IMG/VR virus record: IMGVR_UViG_3300037067_021615
Span: 1-64,000 of that record
Reading direction: 5' to 3' (one strand)
DNA: 64,000 bases
Source of the DNA: a virus
Lineage: Duplodnaviria; Caudoviricetes
Below the pieces are notes generated by a model, which worked only from the letters and a program-made list of their open reading frames with translations, did not search any database and was not told the DNA's origin. This document shows positions 1-8,704 of this stretch, piece after piece (positions within the stretch are counted from its first letter, which is position 1; each line of letters begins with the position of its first letter). Position numbers and translations under genes: made by a program.

Positions 1-2
1 GT

Positions 3-263
3 TCACACTCCATAAACTTCTTTATGAGCTTTATTTAATTCCTCATTATATTGATAAATGTTTATTAAATGGTTTTCGAGTTTTTCACGATAAGGAGCCA
101 TCAATCTTCTAAATTCATCTCCTTTTCTGTTTGCTTCAATAATCAATTCTACTGCCTTTACATTTATTTTGTCTTCTGTATAATCATACAGCTTCCAAAA
201 TTTTAAGGCTTCCTCCCACTTACTTTCAAACTCCAATTTTCTAACATAAGAATAATCTATCAT
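3..263 (-). CDS. hypothetical protein (early region)
   Basis: ORF track; same strand and compact spacing as neighbours. Confidence 0.6.
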   Translation of the reverse strand: MIDYSYVRKLEFESKWEEALKFWKLYDYTEDKINVKAVELIIEANRKGDEFRRLMAPYREKLENHLINIYQYNEELNKAHKEVYGV

Positions 264-278
264 AACTTTAATTATTTT

Positions 279-500
279 TTATTTTACAGATTTTAAAGTC
301 CTTTCATTACAAAGATGAGGAATACCATTACAAAATATATAAGCACCCCACTGGTCAATGTTCTCTAATGTTCCTATTACTTCTTTGCCATCAGTCATTC
401 CACAAGTACCAATAGCTGAATATTTTTCACCTATGACAACTTGCATAATTTTATTGTTATAATTTCTTATATTAAATACTTTTGGGGTTTTTGTTTTCAT
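279..500 (-). CDS. hypothetical protein (early region)
   Basis: ORF track. Confidence 0.6.
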   Translation of the reverse strand: MKTKTPKVFNIRNYNNKIMQVVIGEKYSAIGTCGMTDGKEVIGTLENIDQWGAYIFCNGIPHLCNERTLKSVK

Positions 501-572
501 TTCTTCTAGTATAAAAATAATTTATTCAATAAACAAAGAGAAGGAATTTTTCTCCCTTCTCTTTAAATTTCT

Positions 573-860
573 TTATTGACAGCACAATTGCCAACTTTCA
601 ATGTTTTCAATATTTTCTTCGGTTAATTCCAAAGTATCAATGATAAATTGTGCAAGTTTTTTGTTTCCTTCTGTACCTTCTGCAATCACTTTTGTCTTAA
701 TTGCAGCCACAACATCACTTGTTTCCATTCCTAGAACTCTACGACAAAATTTTGAATCCTGTCCTAAATAGAAATTGCGTATCTTGCCGTTTTCTGGTTT
801 AATGAAAAGTGACCAATCATGAGTGCAAGGAGTTGCTGTTATTATAACTGAAGCGTCCAT
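573..860 (-). CDS. hypothetical protein; start reassigned to MDASVIIT
   Basis: Track ORF 573..926 runs through the promoter repeat; ATG at 860 lies just downstream of it. Confidence 0.65.
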   Translation of the reverse strand: MDASVIITATPCTHDWSLFIKPENGKIRNFYLGQDSKFCRRVLGMETSDVVAAIKTKVIAEGTEGNKKLAQFIIDTLELTEENIENIESWQLCCQ

Positions 861-874
861 ATGATTTATTTTTT

Positions 875-915
875 GGTTTATATCAGTATAAAGGAAACCC
901 CTTAAAAAAGAGGGG
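875..915 (-). promoter_or_regulatory. phage class I (putative early) promoter CCCTC-N17/18-TATAT; 10 copies with CCCTC core near 911, 1727, 2341, 2897, 3264, 4072, 5742, 6507 (- strand) and 6532, 6771 (+ strand)
   Basis: Fixed-spacing bipartite motif CCCTCTTTT...TTATAT..ATATAAACC directly upstream of ATGs, always in gene orientation. Confidence 0.8.
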
Positions 916-928
916 AGACCTCTCAAGT

Positions 929-1267
929 TTACAATTCCATTTTACTTGCCATTCCTGATTCAATTTTTACATAACAATTTTTTCCACCTGTATAATCTTT
1001 GTGGTCTTTTGCTGTTCTATAAAGTAAATCTGGGGTTTGATATGAATCTCTTACATCGGAAATTGAGAAGTAATAGCTTTTGTTATTAACATCAAAAAAT
1101 CCACTTATGTAGAAATGACCTCTATGGAATTCAATATTGGTTGCACCAATCCCCTTTAATTCTTTTGTAAATTCACTTTTAAAGGTGCGAAAAAAAGAAG
1201 AAAATTCAGGAGTTAATCCGCAAGAACTTTCAAACCCTTTTTTCAATAATGTTAATGTTTTTTTCAT
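929..1267 (-). CDS. hypothetical protein
   Basis: ORF track, 112 aa. Confidence 0.7.
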   Translation of the reverse strand: MKKTLTLLKKGFESSCGLTPEFSSFFRTFKSEFTKELKGIGATNIEFHRGHFYISGFFDVNNKSYYFSISDVRDSYQTPDLLYRTAKDHKDYTGGKNCYVKIESGMASKMEL

Positions 1268-1277
1268 GATTTTTATT

Positions 1278-1676
1278 TTAAGAATTCTGGTTTTGTATTT
1301 CTTTATAAAAAAGTTTTTTTATTCTTTCTTCGCTATAGGTTCCTTTGAAAAGAGACAAAACATCTGTTAAATCATTAGTATAAAAGCACTCGTGATTATT
1401 CAATTCATAAATAATTTCCTTGTCTTCTGCTTTGTTCTTTTTTACTTCTTCTTTGTGCCATTTTTTAATTTCTTTCATTCCCTTTTCAAACTCTTCAATA
1501 TTGCCTTTGGGTAAATATCCGCCCGCCCCGATTGAAACATATTTCTCCCCTTCTTTTAAAGGAGTTTTGTTTTCCGTAAATTGTTCATTTGAAAATGCAA
1601 AGAATAAACCAACTTTTTTAAATAATTCGCTTAGTTTAGCTTGTTCTTTTTCTTTTAATTCTGGGATTGATTTCAT
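1278..1676 (-). CDS. hypothetical protein; start reassigned to MKSIPELK
   Basis: ATG at 1676 follows promoter copy 1691-1732. Confidence 0.7.
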   Translation of the reverse strand: MKSIPELKEKEQAKLSELFKKVGLFFAFSNEQFTENKTPLKEGEKYVSIGAGGYLPKGNIEEFEKGMKEIKKWHKEEVKKNKAEDKEIIYELNNHECFYTNDLTDVLSLFKGTYSEERIKKLFYKEIQNQNS

Positions 1677-1777
1677 TTCTTTGGGTTTTTGGTTTATATA
1701 TTTATATAACGAAAACAATAAAAAAAGAGGGGAGAATCTCTCCCCTTCAAATCAGATAAACCAATATAATACAAATG

Positions 1778-2299
1778 TTAAAATTCCCAATCGTAATAAT
1801 AATCCTTTATCCCGAATATAATGTTTATTTTATGATAAAATGTTTTTCTTTCGGTTATCCCTTCCACTACATTTGCGGGATATACATCATCACCATAAAC
1901 GGCATTGTGTTGTTCTTCTGTTAATTGACGTGCATAAGAAACAACGTCTTTGTGTTTTTCTTTGAATTCTTTTGTATAAGTTATATCAGCGCCTTGTATT
2001 TTCCAAGCGTTATTTCTCCAAACAACTGTACAAAAACGACCTGTTGGTTTTAATATCCAGTTTTGATGACCTTCGCCCCCTGCTTTTGTTTTATCCCATT
2101 CAGCATCTAATGCTTCTAATTTTACAGTTTTGCCATCATTGGATACTTCCAGAACTTCATAACAGGTTCTGTCTGAATAGTGCAATTGTGTTGCCCCTTT
2201 TCCAACTTCAGGAAGAGTACAATTATTCGACATTAGCTGATTAAAAAAAGAACCAGCCACACCTATTTTTGCTCTTTGTTGTTTTTTTATTATTTCCAT
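1778..2299 (-). CDS. hypothetical protein
   Basis: 173 aa ORF preceded by class I promoter. Confidence 0.75.
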   Translation of the reverse strand: MEIIKKQQRAKIGVAGSFFNQLMSNNCTLPEVGKGATQLHYSDRTCYEVLEVSNDGKTVKLEALDAEWDKTKAGGEGHQNWILKPTGRFCTVVWRNNAWKIQGADITYTKEFKEKHKDVVSYARQLTEEQHNAVYGDDVYPANVVEGITERKTFYHKINIIFGIKDYYYDWEF

Positions 2300-2471
2300 T
2301 TGGTTTATTTTTATTTATATAATGAAAATAAAATAAAAAAGAGGGAAATCTCACCCCTCCAATATTTATGTATGGTTTACGAAAAAACAGAAATTTAAAA
2401 AAAATATTTAAAAAGGGCAAGAATAACTCTTGCCCCAAAACCAAATAAACCAATTATGAAATATTTTTATA

Positions 2472-2783
2472 CTAATCAAATATATTATACAATTCACAAT
2501 CTTTATGCTTTTCGCAATAAAGAATTAAATCATTAATGTCAATTATTTTAATGTTATATTCTTTACAAAATATATCTTTAGAAGGTACTACATTTGTATA
2601 AACAATAACTTTTTTATTCGTTTTTTTTGCTTTGTTTAAATCATTTAACAAACTTGTCAAATACATCATTGGCTGTGACCAAATTTTTATATCTTCTTTA
2701 TTTATGGTAATCCTTTCTTTTAACAATAATTCTATTATTAATGGAATCGCTTTGTCTTTATGAGGAAAATATAAATATTTCAT
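2472..2783 (-). CDS. hypothetical protein
   Basis: ORF track. Confidence 0.55.
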   Translation of the reverse strand: MKYLYFPHKDKAIPLIIELLLKERITINKEDIKIWSQPMMYLTSLLNDLNKAKKTNKKVIVYTNVVPSKDIFCKEYNIKIIDINDLILYCEKHKDCELYNIFD

Positions 2784-2795
2784 TTGTTAAAAATT

Positions 2796-2860
2796 TGCCC
2801 CACTTATAGGACTCGAACCTATTTTGGTATTATTTCCCAAACTGTTTGCCTGACAGTGGG
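2796..2860 (-). ncRNA. tRNA-like element (intact T-arm and acceptor stem, degenerate D/anticodon region)
   Basis: Minus strand CCCACTG...TTTGG-GAAATAATA-CCAAA ATAGG-TTCGAGT-CCTAT AAGTGGG; canonical TTCGA loop; begins right after a class I promoter. Confidence 0.5.
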
Positions 2861-2909
2861 TGGGTTGTAATTATATAAAGAAGTTTAAAAATAAAAGAGG
2901 GGAGAACGT

Positions 2910-3224
2910 TTATTTCCATCCTCTTACTTCTTTGTAGCTTTTTAAATATTTGCTGTGGTTCTGTTTTTTAATTATGTTTAGGTTATACCCTAAACTTTCT
3001 AATTCTTTTTTTAAGTCTTCATACTCTTTCTCAGTTGCCAATCTGCTTTTCCCTACACAATAATTGTAATCTGCGGAACTGTGTTGCCCAACATGCATAT
3101 AGCACGCAATTTCTCCATGAGAAGTGGCTACATCGTAAGGAAAATAAGCAGTAATACTGCCTTTAAAATCTCCTGTTTTATCTACTCTGAAAATTACATC
3201 GGTTTTGTAAGTATCTTTTTTCAT
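2910..3224 (-). CDS. hypothetical protein; start reassigned to MKKDTYKT
   Basis: ATG at 3224 follows promoter copy 3231-3269. Confidence 0.7.
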   Translation of the reverse strand: MKKDTYKTDVIFRVDKTGDFKGSITAYFPYDVATSHGEIACYMHVGQHSSADYNYCVGKSRLATEKEYEDLKKELESLGYNLNIIKKQNHSKYLKSYKEVRGWK

Positions 3225-3308
3225 AAGTTTGGTTTTATTATATAAAGTAAAACGAATAAAAAAGAGGGGAGAGTTCACTTATATAACTCTCCCCACCCTT
3301 ATAATGGA

Positions 3309-3476
3309 TTAACCTTTTTTGCTTTTTTTATTGAATTTAAACAATATTGAATGAATATCGTAAATTTTATAAAGTCGTCTGTTGTATTTGCAAAACAAGG
3401 CTTTATTTTTACTTGTGTCTTTTAAAGTTTTGTTTCTTATTGAAGTGATTTTATTTATTAAGTCCTGTTTTTTCAT
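3309..3476 (-). CDS. small basic hypothetical protein (55 aa, MKKQDLINKITS...), not in ORF track
   Basis: Manual translation; fills the gap and overlaps the stop of the upstream gene. Confidence 0.5.
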   Translation of the reverse strand: MKKQDLINKITSIRNKTLKDTSKNKALFCKYNRRLYKIYDIHSILFKFNKKSKKG

Positions 3477-3783
3477 TTTCTTTTTTATTTAAAAATTCAA
3501 TCCAATGTTTTCCATATACTGAAACACTTTGCCTGCCAATATTCCCATAATTTATATCATCCAAATTTGAAATTTTTGCATCTGGAAGAAACATATTTAC
3601 TATTTCTTTGCGAAAATCATTTGGGATAATTGAGTTTGTTCTAAAAGTATAAATTTCATACCACGAATTTATTAAACCTCTTACGGTTTTTATATAACGA
3701 GTTCTAATTTCTATATTAAAATTACTTTTAAAATAATCTTTTAACGCTTTTCCTAGTTGTTGAGGTGTTTCAATTGTTGTCAT
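3451..3783 (-). CDS. hypothetical protein
   Basis: ORF track. Confidence 0.65.
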   Translation of the reverse strand: MTTIETPQQLGKALKDYFKSNFNIEIRTRYIKTVRGLINSWYEIYTFRTNSIIPNDFRKEIVNMFLPDAKISNLDDINYGNIGRQSVSVYGKHWIEFLNKKENEKTGLNK

Positions 3784-3821
3784 AATTTTGATTTTTGGTT
3801 TATTACTGAATTAAAAGAAAA

Positions 3822-4022
3822 TCATTGAAGAATCTCACCGTCAATTGTAAATTCCTTTATTATTTCCCCAGTTGGTAATTCAATAAATTCTTCAAAACAA
3901 ATATCAATTCCATCAACATCAACTGATTCAATGTTTGTAACATCTTTTGTTTCAGGATTAAATTCGCAAGATGACCTAATCTCGGTTGAGCCATCCCAAA
4001 CACTCACATATATTGCTTTCAT
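3822..4022 (-). CDS. small acidic hypothetical protein
   Basis: ORF preceded by class I promoter. Confidence 0.65.
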   Translation of the reverse strand: MKAIYVSVWDGSTEIRSSCEFNPETKDVTNIESVDVDGIDICFEEFIELPTGEIIKEFTIDGEILQ

Positions 4023-4088
4023 AATTTTTTTAGTTTTTATTTATATTAATATAAAAGAAGCTTCCCAAAAAGAGGGAATTCAAAACAA

Positions 4089-4149
4089 TTATATATTTTT
4101 AATTTATTTTATTAATTCTTTTATATATTTTTAATTTATTTTATTAATT
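4089..4149. repeat. 29-bp AT-rich direct repeat x2 upstream of tnpB
   Basis: TTATATATTTTTAATTTATTTTATTAATT at 4089 and 4121. Confidence 0.7.
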
Positions 4150-4219
4150 ATTTTGTTTTTTAAAAAAATTTTGTATATTTATAAATATTGGGGGTAAAAT
4201 ATCCCCAAAAATAAAATTT

Positions 4220-5449
4220 ATGCTAAAAGCGATTAAAATAAGATTATATCCAAATAAAAGACAAGAAGAATATATTATTAAACTTCTTGGTTGCTATCGT
4301 TTTGTTTATAATAATTGCTTGGATAAAAAAATTAAAGCATATACTAATGATAGAATAAACTTGGGGCTTAAAGCCCTTGGTAATTATTTTCATAATGATT
4401 TAACAAAAAATCCTGAATATTCATGGTTGCAAGAACACAATACAAAAGTTCTTAAACAATCAATTATTAACCTTTTGGATTCATATAAACGCTTTTTTGT
4501 AAATGGGAATGGATTCCCTAAATTTAAATCGAAACATGATACTCAACATTCATGTAGATTTACAATTGAAACAATTTCAAGAAAAAATGATTATTCTAAA
4601 TTTAAATTAACTCTTACATCTGACTTAAAAAATATCAAATTTAGTTGTTCAGATAAATATGCAAATTATCTGACTAAGCATAAAGAAAATATAAGGTCAG
4701 CTACATTAATACAAACTAAATCAGGAAAATATTTCCTTTCTATATTAGTTGATGGTGATTTAATGAAAGTATTGCCAAAACCAATTAATGATATTATTGG
4801 AATTGATTTAGGGATTAAAACATTCATTGTAGATTCTAAAGGGAATGAATATGAAAACATAAAAATAAAAAGAAATAATGAGAAAAAGCTATCTAAACTG
4901 CATCGTGAATTATCAAGAAAACAAAAGGCAGGGAGAAATAAAGAAAAAGCAAGAGTTAAATTAGCTAAATTATATGAAAAATTAAATAATATAAAACAAG
5001 AATACCTTCATAATATAACAAATAAATTGCTTAATGAAAACCAAATTATAGCAATGGAAGATTTAAATATTAAAGGCATGATACAAAATCACCATTTAGC
5101 AAGGTCAATACAAGAATTAAGTTTATATGACTTTAAATCTAAATTGATTTATAAAGCTAATTGGTATGACAGAGATATTGTGGAAGTTGATAGATACTTT
5201 GCATCTAGTAAATTATGTAGTAATTGCGGTTATAAAAATAATGAATTGACATTAAAACACAGGGAGTGGATTTGCCCTAAATGCGGAACAAAACACAATC
5301 GAGACCATAACGCTGCTATTAATATAGAAAATGAAGGTATAAAAATATTTAATAATAAAATACCCACCCGTTGTGGGGAATTTACGCTTCTGGAGAGAAC
5401 ATCATTAGATGACTCATTGAAAGAAGAAATCAAAACTAAAGTACAATAA
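4220..5449 (+). CDS. tnpB: TnpB RNA-guided endonuclease (IS200/IS605/IS607 family), no adjacent TnpA
   Basis: N-terminal KIRLYPN HTH, RuvC-I GIDLG, RuvC-II EDL, CxxC/CxxC zinc ribbon, RuvC-III RDHNAAINI. Confidence 0.95.
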   Translation: MLKAIKIRLYPNKRQEEYIIKLLGCYRFVYNNCLDKKIKAYTNDRINLGLKALGNYFHNDLTKNPEYSWLQEHNTKVLKQSIINLLDSYKRFFVNGNGFPKFKSKHDTQHSCRFTIETISRKNDYSKFKLTLTSDLKNIKFSCSDKYANYLTKHKENIRSATLIQTKSGKYFLSILVDGDLMKVLPKPINDIIGIDLGIKTFIVDSKGNEYENIKIKRNNEKKLSKLHRELSRKQKAGRNKEKARVKLAKLYEKLNNIKQEYLHNITNKLLNENQIIAMEDLNIKGMIQNHHLARSIQELSLYDFKSKLIYKANWYDRDIVEVDRYFASSKLCSNCGYKNNELTLKHREWICPKCGTKHNRDHNAAINIENEGIKIFNNKIPTRCGEFTLLERTSLDDSLKEEIKTKVQ

Positions 5450-5495
5450 GTATTTTAGATTTTATTAAACGGTTTATCTTACATATAAAAGTTTT

Positions 5496-5693
5496 TTATT
5501 CATCTGCCAGAAAATCCTTCATAAATTTTCTTTGCTTTTTACTATAGTGCTTTTTGCTTTTAAAGATTTTATGGGTTGAGGTAAATCCGCTCATACCTTC
5601 CAATTCTTCATCTCTTGACCCTTTTTTATTGGCTTTTACATAGTCAATAGTAAAATCTTTTTTTGACTTTTTGAATTTAATTGTATCTGACAT
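5496..5693 (-). CDS. small basic hypothetical protein; start MSDTIKF
   Basis: ATG at 5693 downstream of promoter copy 5708-5746. Confidence 0.65.
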   Translation of the reverse strand: MSDTIKFKKSKKDFTIDYVKANKKGSRDEELEGMSGFTSTHKIFKSKKHYSKKQRKFMKDFLADE

Positions 5694-5879
5694 TTTAATT
5701 CGGTTTTGGTTTACATAAATATAAAGTAATCCTATCAAAAAGAGGGCATCCACCTTTCCCCGTATTTATCCATTCGGTATACGATATAACAGAAACCTAA
5801 AAAAAATAGTAGAAACACTCCCCATTACAAAAAGTGTTTCTGTTTTTTAATTCAATTTCAAAGAAATGTTTCTATTTGT

Positions 5880-6437
5880 TTACTCAATTTCTATTGTGTT
5901 ACCATTAACTTTAACGGATATTGCAATATTAGATAATTTATAATTTCTAAATTTGCTTGTTTTAAGGTCAAGAACTTCTTCAATGTGCTTTTTAGCAAGT
6001 GTAAGAGGTCTGCTCTTTGTTTCCTTATATATTCCTGGTATTCTAACTGTCTTACGAACAACAGCACCAAAGATTACCACGCTCTCCGTTTCTTTGCAAT
6101 ACTTTAATGTATTACTTTTGTTTAAGCTAATGTAAGCATCCCTTTGACCTTGCGACCTTGTTTCGCTAGGTCTTACATTAGAAAGGAGTTTTTCTCTTAT
6201 AGCTTCTTCAATGATTTTGGCATCAAATTCTGCATTTGCCAATTCTTTGGCATTAGCATGTTTTAAAGTATCAAAATCAGATTTTTTTGCTTTTTCATAG
6301 CTCGTACCTATATTAATAAGCACATCGGCTACTTCTGAATTTTCTGATTTATCAGAACAATACCCTTTAATTGAAATAAAAGATACTCCATTAAAATCAA
6401 AATTTCTGACTAAATTTAATAAAGTTTTTGCTTTCAT
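5880..6437 (-). CDS. hypothetical protein
   Basis: 185 aa ORF behind class I promoter. Confidence 0.75.
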   Translation of the reverse strand: MKAKTLLNLVRNFDFNGVSFISIKGYCSDKSENSEVADVLINIGTSYEKAKKSDFDTLKHANAKELANAEFDAKIIEEAIREKLLSNVRPSETRSQGQRDAYISLNKSNTLKYCKETESVVIFGAVVRKTVRIPGIYKETKSRPLTLAKKHIEEVLDLKTSKFRNYKLSNIAISVKVNGNTIEIE

Positions 6438-6587
6438 AAAGATTTTATTTGATTTAACATTTTTTCAATGAACTTTTACATATATATAAAGTATAATGAT
6501 GAAAAAGAGGGCAGAAAGCAGCACTTTGTTCCCCTCTTTTTAAAAGATTTCCTTTATATCTATATAAACCAAAACCCCAAAATAAAA

Positions 6588-6767
6588 ATGATACGAATAG
6601 TTAAATTATCAGGAAAATTTTATGGAAAATATATTGATTCTGTTAGAAGCGATTCACAAGATATAACTGTATTTGCAGAAGAAGGAACCCCTGTAATCAT
6701 TGTCAATGAAATAGAAGATGTAGACGCATTGGGGATTAATCCCAAAGATGTTACAATGGTGAATTGA
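6588..6767 (+). CDS. hypothetical protein; start MIRIVKLS
   Basis: ATG at 6588 follows promoter 6531-6570. Confidence 0.65.
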   Translation: MIRIVKLSGKFYGKYIDSVRSDSQDITVFAEEGTPVIIVNEIEDVDALGINPKDVTMVN

Positions 6768-6825
6768 TTCCCCTCTTTTTGAAAGATTTATTTTATATCT
6801 ATATAAACAAAAAAACCAGAATAAA

Positions 6826-7014
6826 ATGTTTAAACTTCTTGATAAAAAAATAACAACAACACTTTTCCAGATAGAAAATAAAAAAGTGTCTCCAGCAGAT
6901 AGCGGAATAGGAAAATTGTTGAATAAAATGAAAGATATTGATGAACCTGCCTATGACAAATATTTTTCAGAGTATAAAAGGATATTAGACAAGATTAAAG
7001 CCTCTAAAGATTAA
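6826..7014 (+). CDS. hypothetical protein
   Basis: ORF behind promoter 6770-6808. Confidence 0.65.
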   Translation: MFKLLDKKITTTLFQIENKKVSPADSGIGKLLNKMKDIDEPAYDKYFSEYKRILDKIKASKD

Positions 7015-7019
7015 GGGGC

Positions 7020-7125
7020 TTAATTTAACCCCCTTATATAGATTAGACACCCTAATTAGACCCCTTAATTAGCCCCCTTCGTACCATTAATAAGGGGTAT
7101 TTAGACCCCCTAAATGCACCCCGTC
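7020..7125. repeat. cluster of about 6 short TTAGACCCC-like direct repeats
   Basis: ttaacccc, ttagacaccc, ttagacccc, ttagccccc, ttagaccccc, atgcacccc. Confidence 0.7.
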
Positions 7126-7197
7126 CCAATCCGCTCACAAATTTTTTACCAAATTTTTTCCACAATTTTCAACCATCAATTCTTTCCCCAGTAACTT

Positions 7198-7290
7198 CAG
7201 CAATAAAACATTTCCCCATTTATCCCTCCAGCAGGAAAACATTTCCCTAGTTATTCATCCAACAATAAAACACTCTCCCATTTATCCCAA
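7198..7290. repeat. 31-bp tandem repeat x3 (CARCAATAAAACATTTCCCCATTTATCCC-like)
   Basis: Units start at 7198, 7229 and 7260; a degenerate unit starts near 7170. Confidence 0.8.
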
Positions 7291-7553
7291 TTGCCCCATA
7301 TTTAATATCCCCTTATAAAAATTCCATTTTCCTGTCCTTATTTTCTATTTTAAGGTCTTATTTTGTTATTTTTATTTCTAAAGTATATTTTCCCATACAA
7401 AGAAAAAAAGTTAATACAGAGAAAGAAATGGGTTTATTTTAAAGATTTTTTCTATAATAAGCATCTTTCACAAATAATTTTTCCACAATACGAAGAATTT
7501 ATTTTAAAGTGAGTTGCTAAAAAAATTTTTCCCCAATTTTTTTTGTTAAATTT

Positions 7554-8099
7554 TCAACCATTAATATTTTTTGATTTAAGTTCACACATTTTAAGGAGTA
7601 TTTTAGCTTCATGTTTTGCATCATCTATTCCTCTATGTTTTTCTATATATTTTTCTTCTGGGAAGAAGCAATCATATACTTCTTGTACAGATGGTTTTTT
7701 TTTGGCTCCTCTTTTATCTTTGAGAATCACATAATCCATACTGGCCAGCATAAGACATTTAATATCTTTGCACACAAATTTTCTAGAGTGCATAAATCTC
7801 ATATCAAAAAACTTATTAAATGCTGTGACTGGATATTTATTAAATATAGATTGGATTTCTTCAAAATATAAAGAGATGGGATTTGCATTAGCAACATCTT
7901 CAATGGTTAAATCTGAGTTTGAAAATATCCAAGAATTTTTATGTTTTTCTGGAGAAAAATTTTGGTCTTTTACTATTTCATTGAATAGTGGAGTTATTTC
8001 TTTTGTATCAGTATTTACCAGGACGATTCCTATTTCAACGATAGCGTCTACTATTGTTGAAAATCCTGTAGTTTCAATATCAATAACTAGAATTTCCAT
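7554..8099 (-). CDS. DEDDh 3'-5' exonuclease (DnaQ/epsilon-like)
   Basis: DIETTG, AFNKFFD and HRGIDDA motifs. Confidence 0.9.
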   Translation of the reverse strand: MEILVIDIETTGFSTIVDAIVEIGIVLVNTDTKEITPLFNEIVKDQNFSPEKHKNSWIFSNSDLTIEDVANANPISLYFEEIQSIFNKYPVTAFNKFFDMRFMHSRKFVCKDIKCLMLASMDYVILKDKRGAKKKPSVQEVYDCFFPEEKYIEKHRGIDDAKHEAKILLKMCELKSKNING

Positions 8100-8113
8100 A
8101 ATTATTTTATGTA

Positions 8114-8121
8114 CAAAGATA
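8114..8121 (-). promoter_or_regulatory. Bacteroidota housekeeping promoter -7 box TAnnTTTG; also at 20808, 32986, 41900, 51728 (-) and 44288, 56428 (+)
   Basis: TATCTTTG/TATATTTG just upstream of ATGs; four copies have TTTG exactly 19 nt upstream. Confidence 0.75.
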
Positions 8122-8134
8122 CAATTTTTTTTAA

Positions 8135-8142
8135 TATTTATA
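8135..8142 (+). promoter_or_regulatory. phage class III (putative late) motif TATTTATA on the coding strand; about 20 copies
   Basis: Also at 4176, 23536, 24678, 25233, 25757, 34027, 34116, 35984, 37059, 39350, 43116, 45284, 46107, 47950, 49731, 56325, 60534, 61345, 61418; each about 8-36 nt before an ATG. Confidence 0.7.
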
Positions 8143-8160
8143 TAAAAAAACTTTTAAATC

Positions 8161-8370
8161 ATGAATAAAGAACAATATATAAGGGGGCATGTTAGAGATA
8201 TTTTAATGGAAGAAATGGGGGACAAAAAATTTATAAGTGCGGTAGATATTGCAAATGAACTTGTAAATATGGGAGTAATAAAAGATGAATATACAGACCT
8301 TTCTGGTAAAAAGGCATCATCAAATTTAGCATTTATTATAAGAGATGTGTTTAATAAGTTAGGAATTTAA
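8161..8370 (+). CDS. small late-class hypothetical protein
   Basis: ORF after TATTTATA; IRGHVRDILMEE leader. Confidence 0.6.
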   Translation: MNKEQYIRGHVRDILMEEMGDKKFISAVDIANELVNMGVIKDEYTDLSGKKASSNLAFIIRDVFNKLGI

Positions 8371-8380
8371 ATATAAAAAT

Positions 8381-8650
8381 ATGGGAACAAATAAGAAATT
8401 AAAGGAATTTGTTATAAAAGAAATAAATAAACTTCACAAAATAACTTTATTAGAAAATAAAAAAATGGAGATTGAGAGTCAATTAAATCTTTTAGAAAAG
8501 GATATTGATGAAAGTGCTCTTACTGATTATAATGATAAGGAAATTAAAAAATATTATGATTCTCAGAATAAAAAAGCAAGAAAAGACATCGTCCCCTTAG
8601 AGAAGGGAAAATCAGATATTTCAAAAGATGATTCAAAGATAAAGACATAG
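8381..8650 (+). CDS. small late-class hypothetical protein
   Basis: LKEFVIKEIN leader. Confidence 0.6.
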   Translation: MGTNKKLKEFVIKEINKLHKITLLENKKMEIESQLNLLEKDIDESALTDYNDKEIKKYYDSQNKKARKDIVPLEKGKSDISKDDSKIKT

Positions 8651-8686
8651 AAAAAGCCCCTATATAATTTATATAGGGGCTTTTTT
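8651..8686. terminator. bidirectional intrinsic terminator
   Basis: AAAAAGCCCCTATATAA-T-TTATATAGGGGCTTTTTT between convergent genes. Confidence 0.85.
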
Positions 8687-8704
8687 ATTATCATTATTTA
8701 TTTT

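Larger units (their letters stand above)
4085..5475 (+). mobile_element. non-autonomous tnpB element; boundaries approximate
   Basis: tnpB lies opposite to flanking genes; hairpin TTGGGG..CCCCAA near 4188-4208; structured 3' region. Confidence 0.55.

Noticed and set aside
2796-2860. Functional canonical tRNA
   Set aside because: No valid D-arm, a 9-nt anticodon loop and too short; kept only as tRNA-like
875-6808. CCCTCTTTTT motif being only a terminator
   Set aside because: Several copies lack an upstream hairpin arm, and all keep fixed spacing to the TATA element and the downstream gene
7198-7290. CRISPR array
   Set aside because: The 31-bp units are contiguous and degenerate, with no unique spacers and no cas genes
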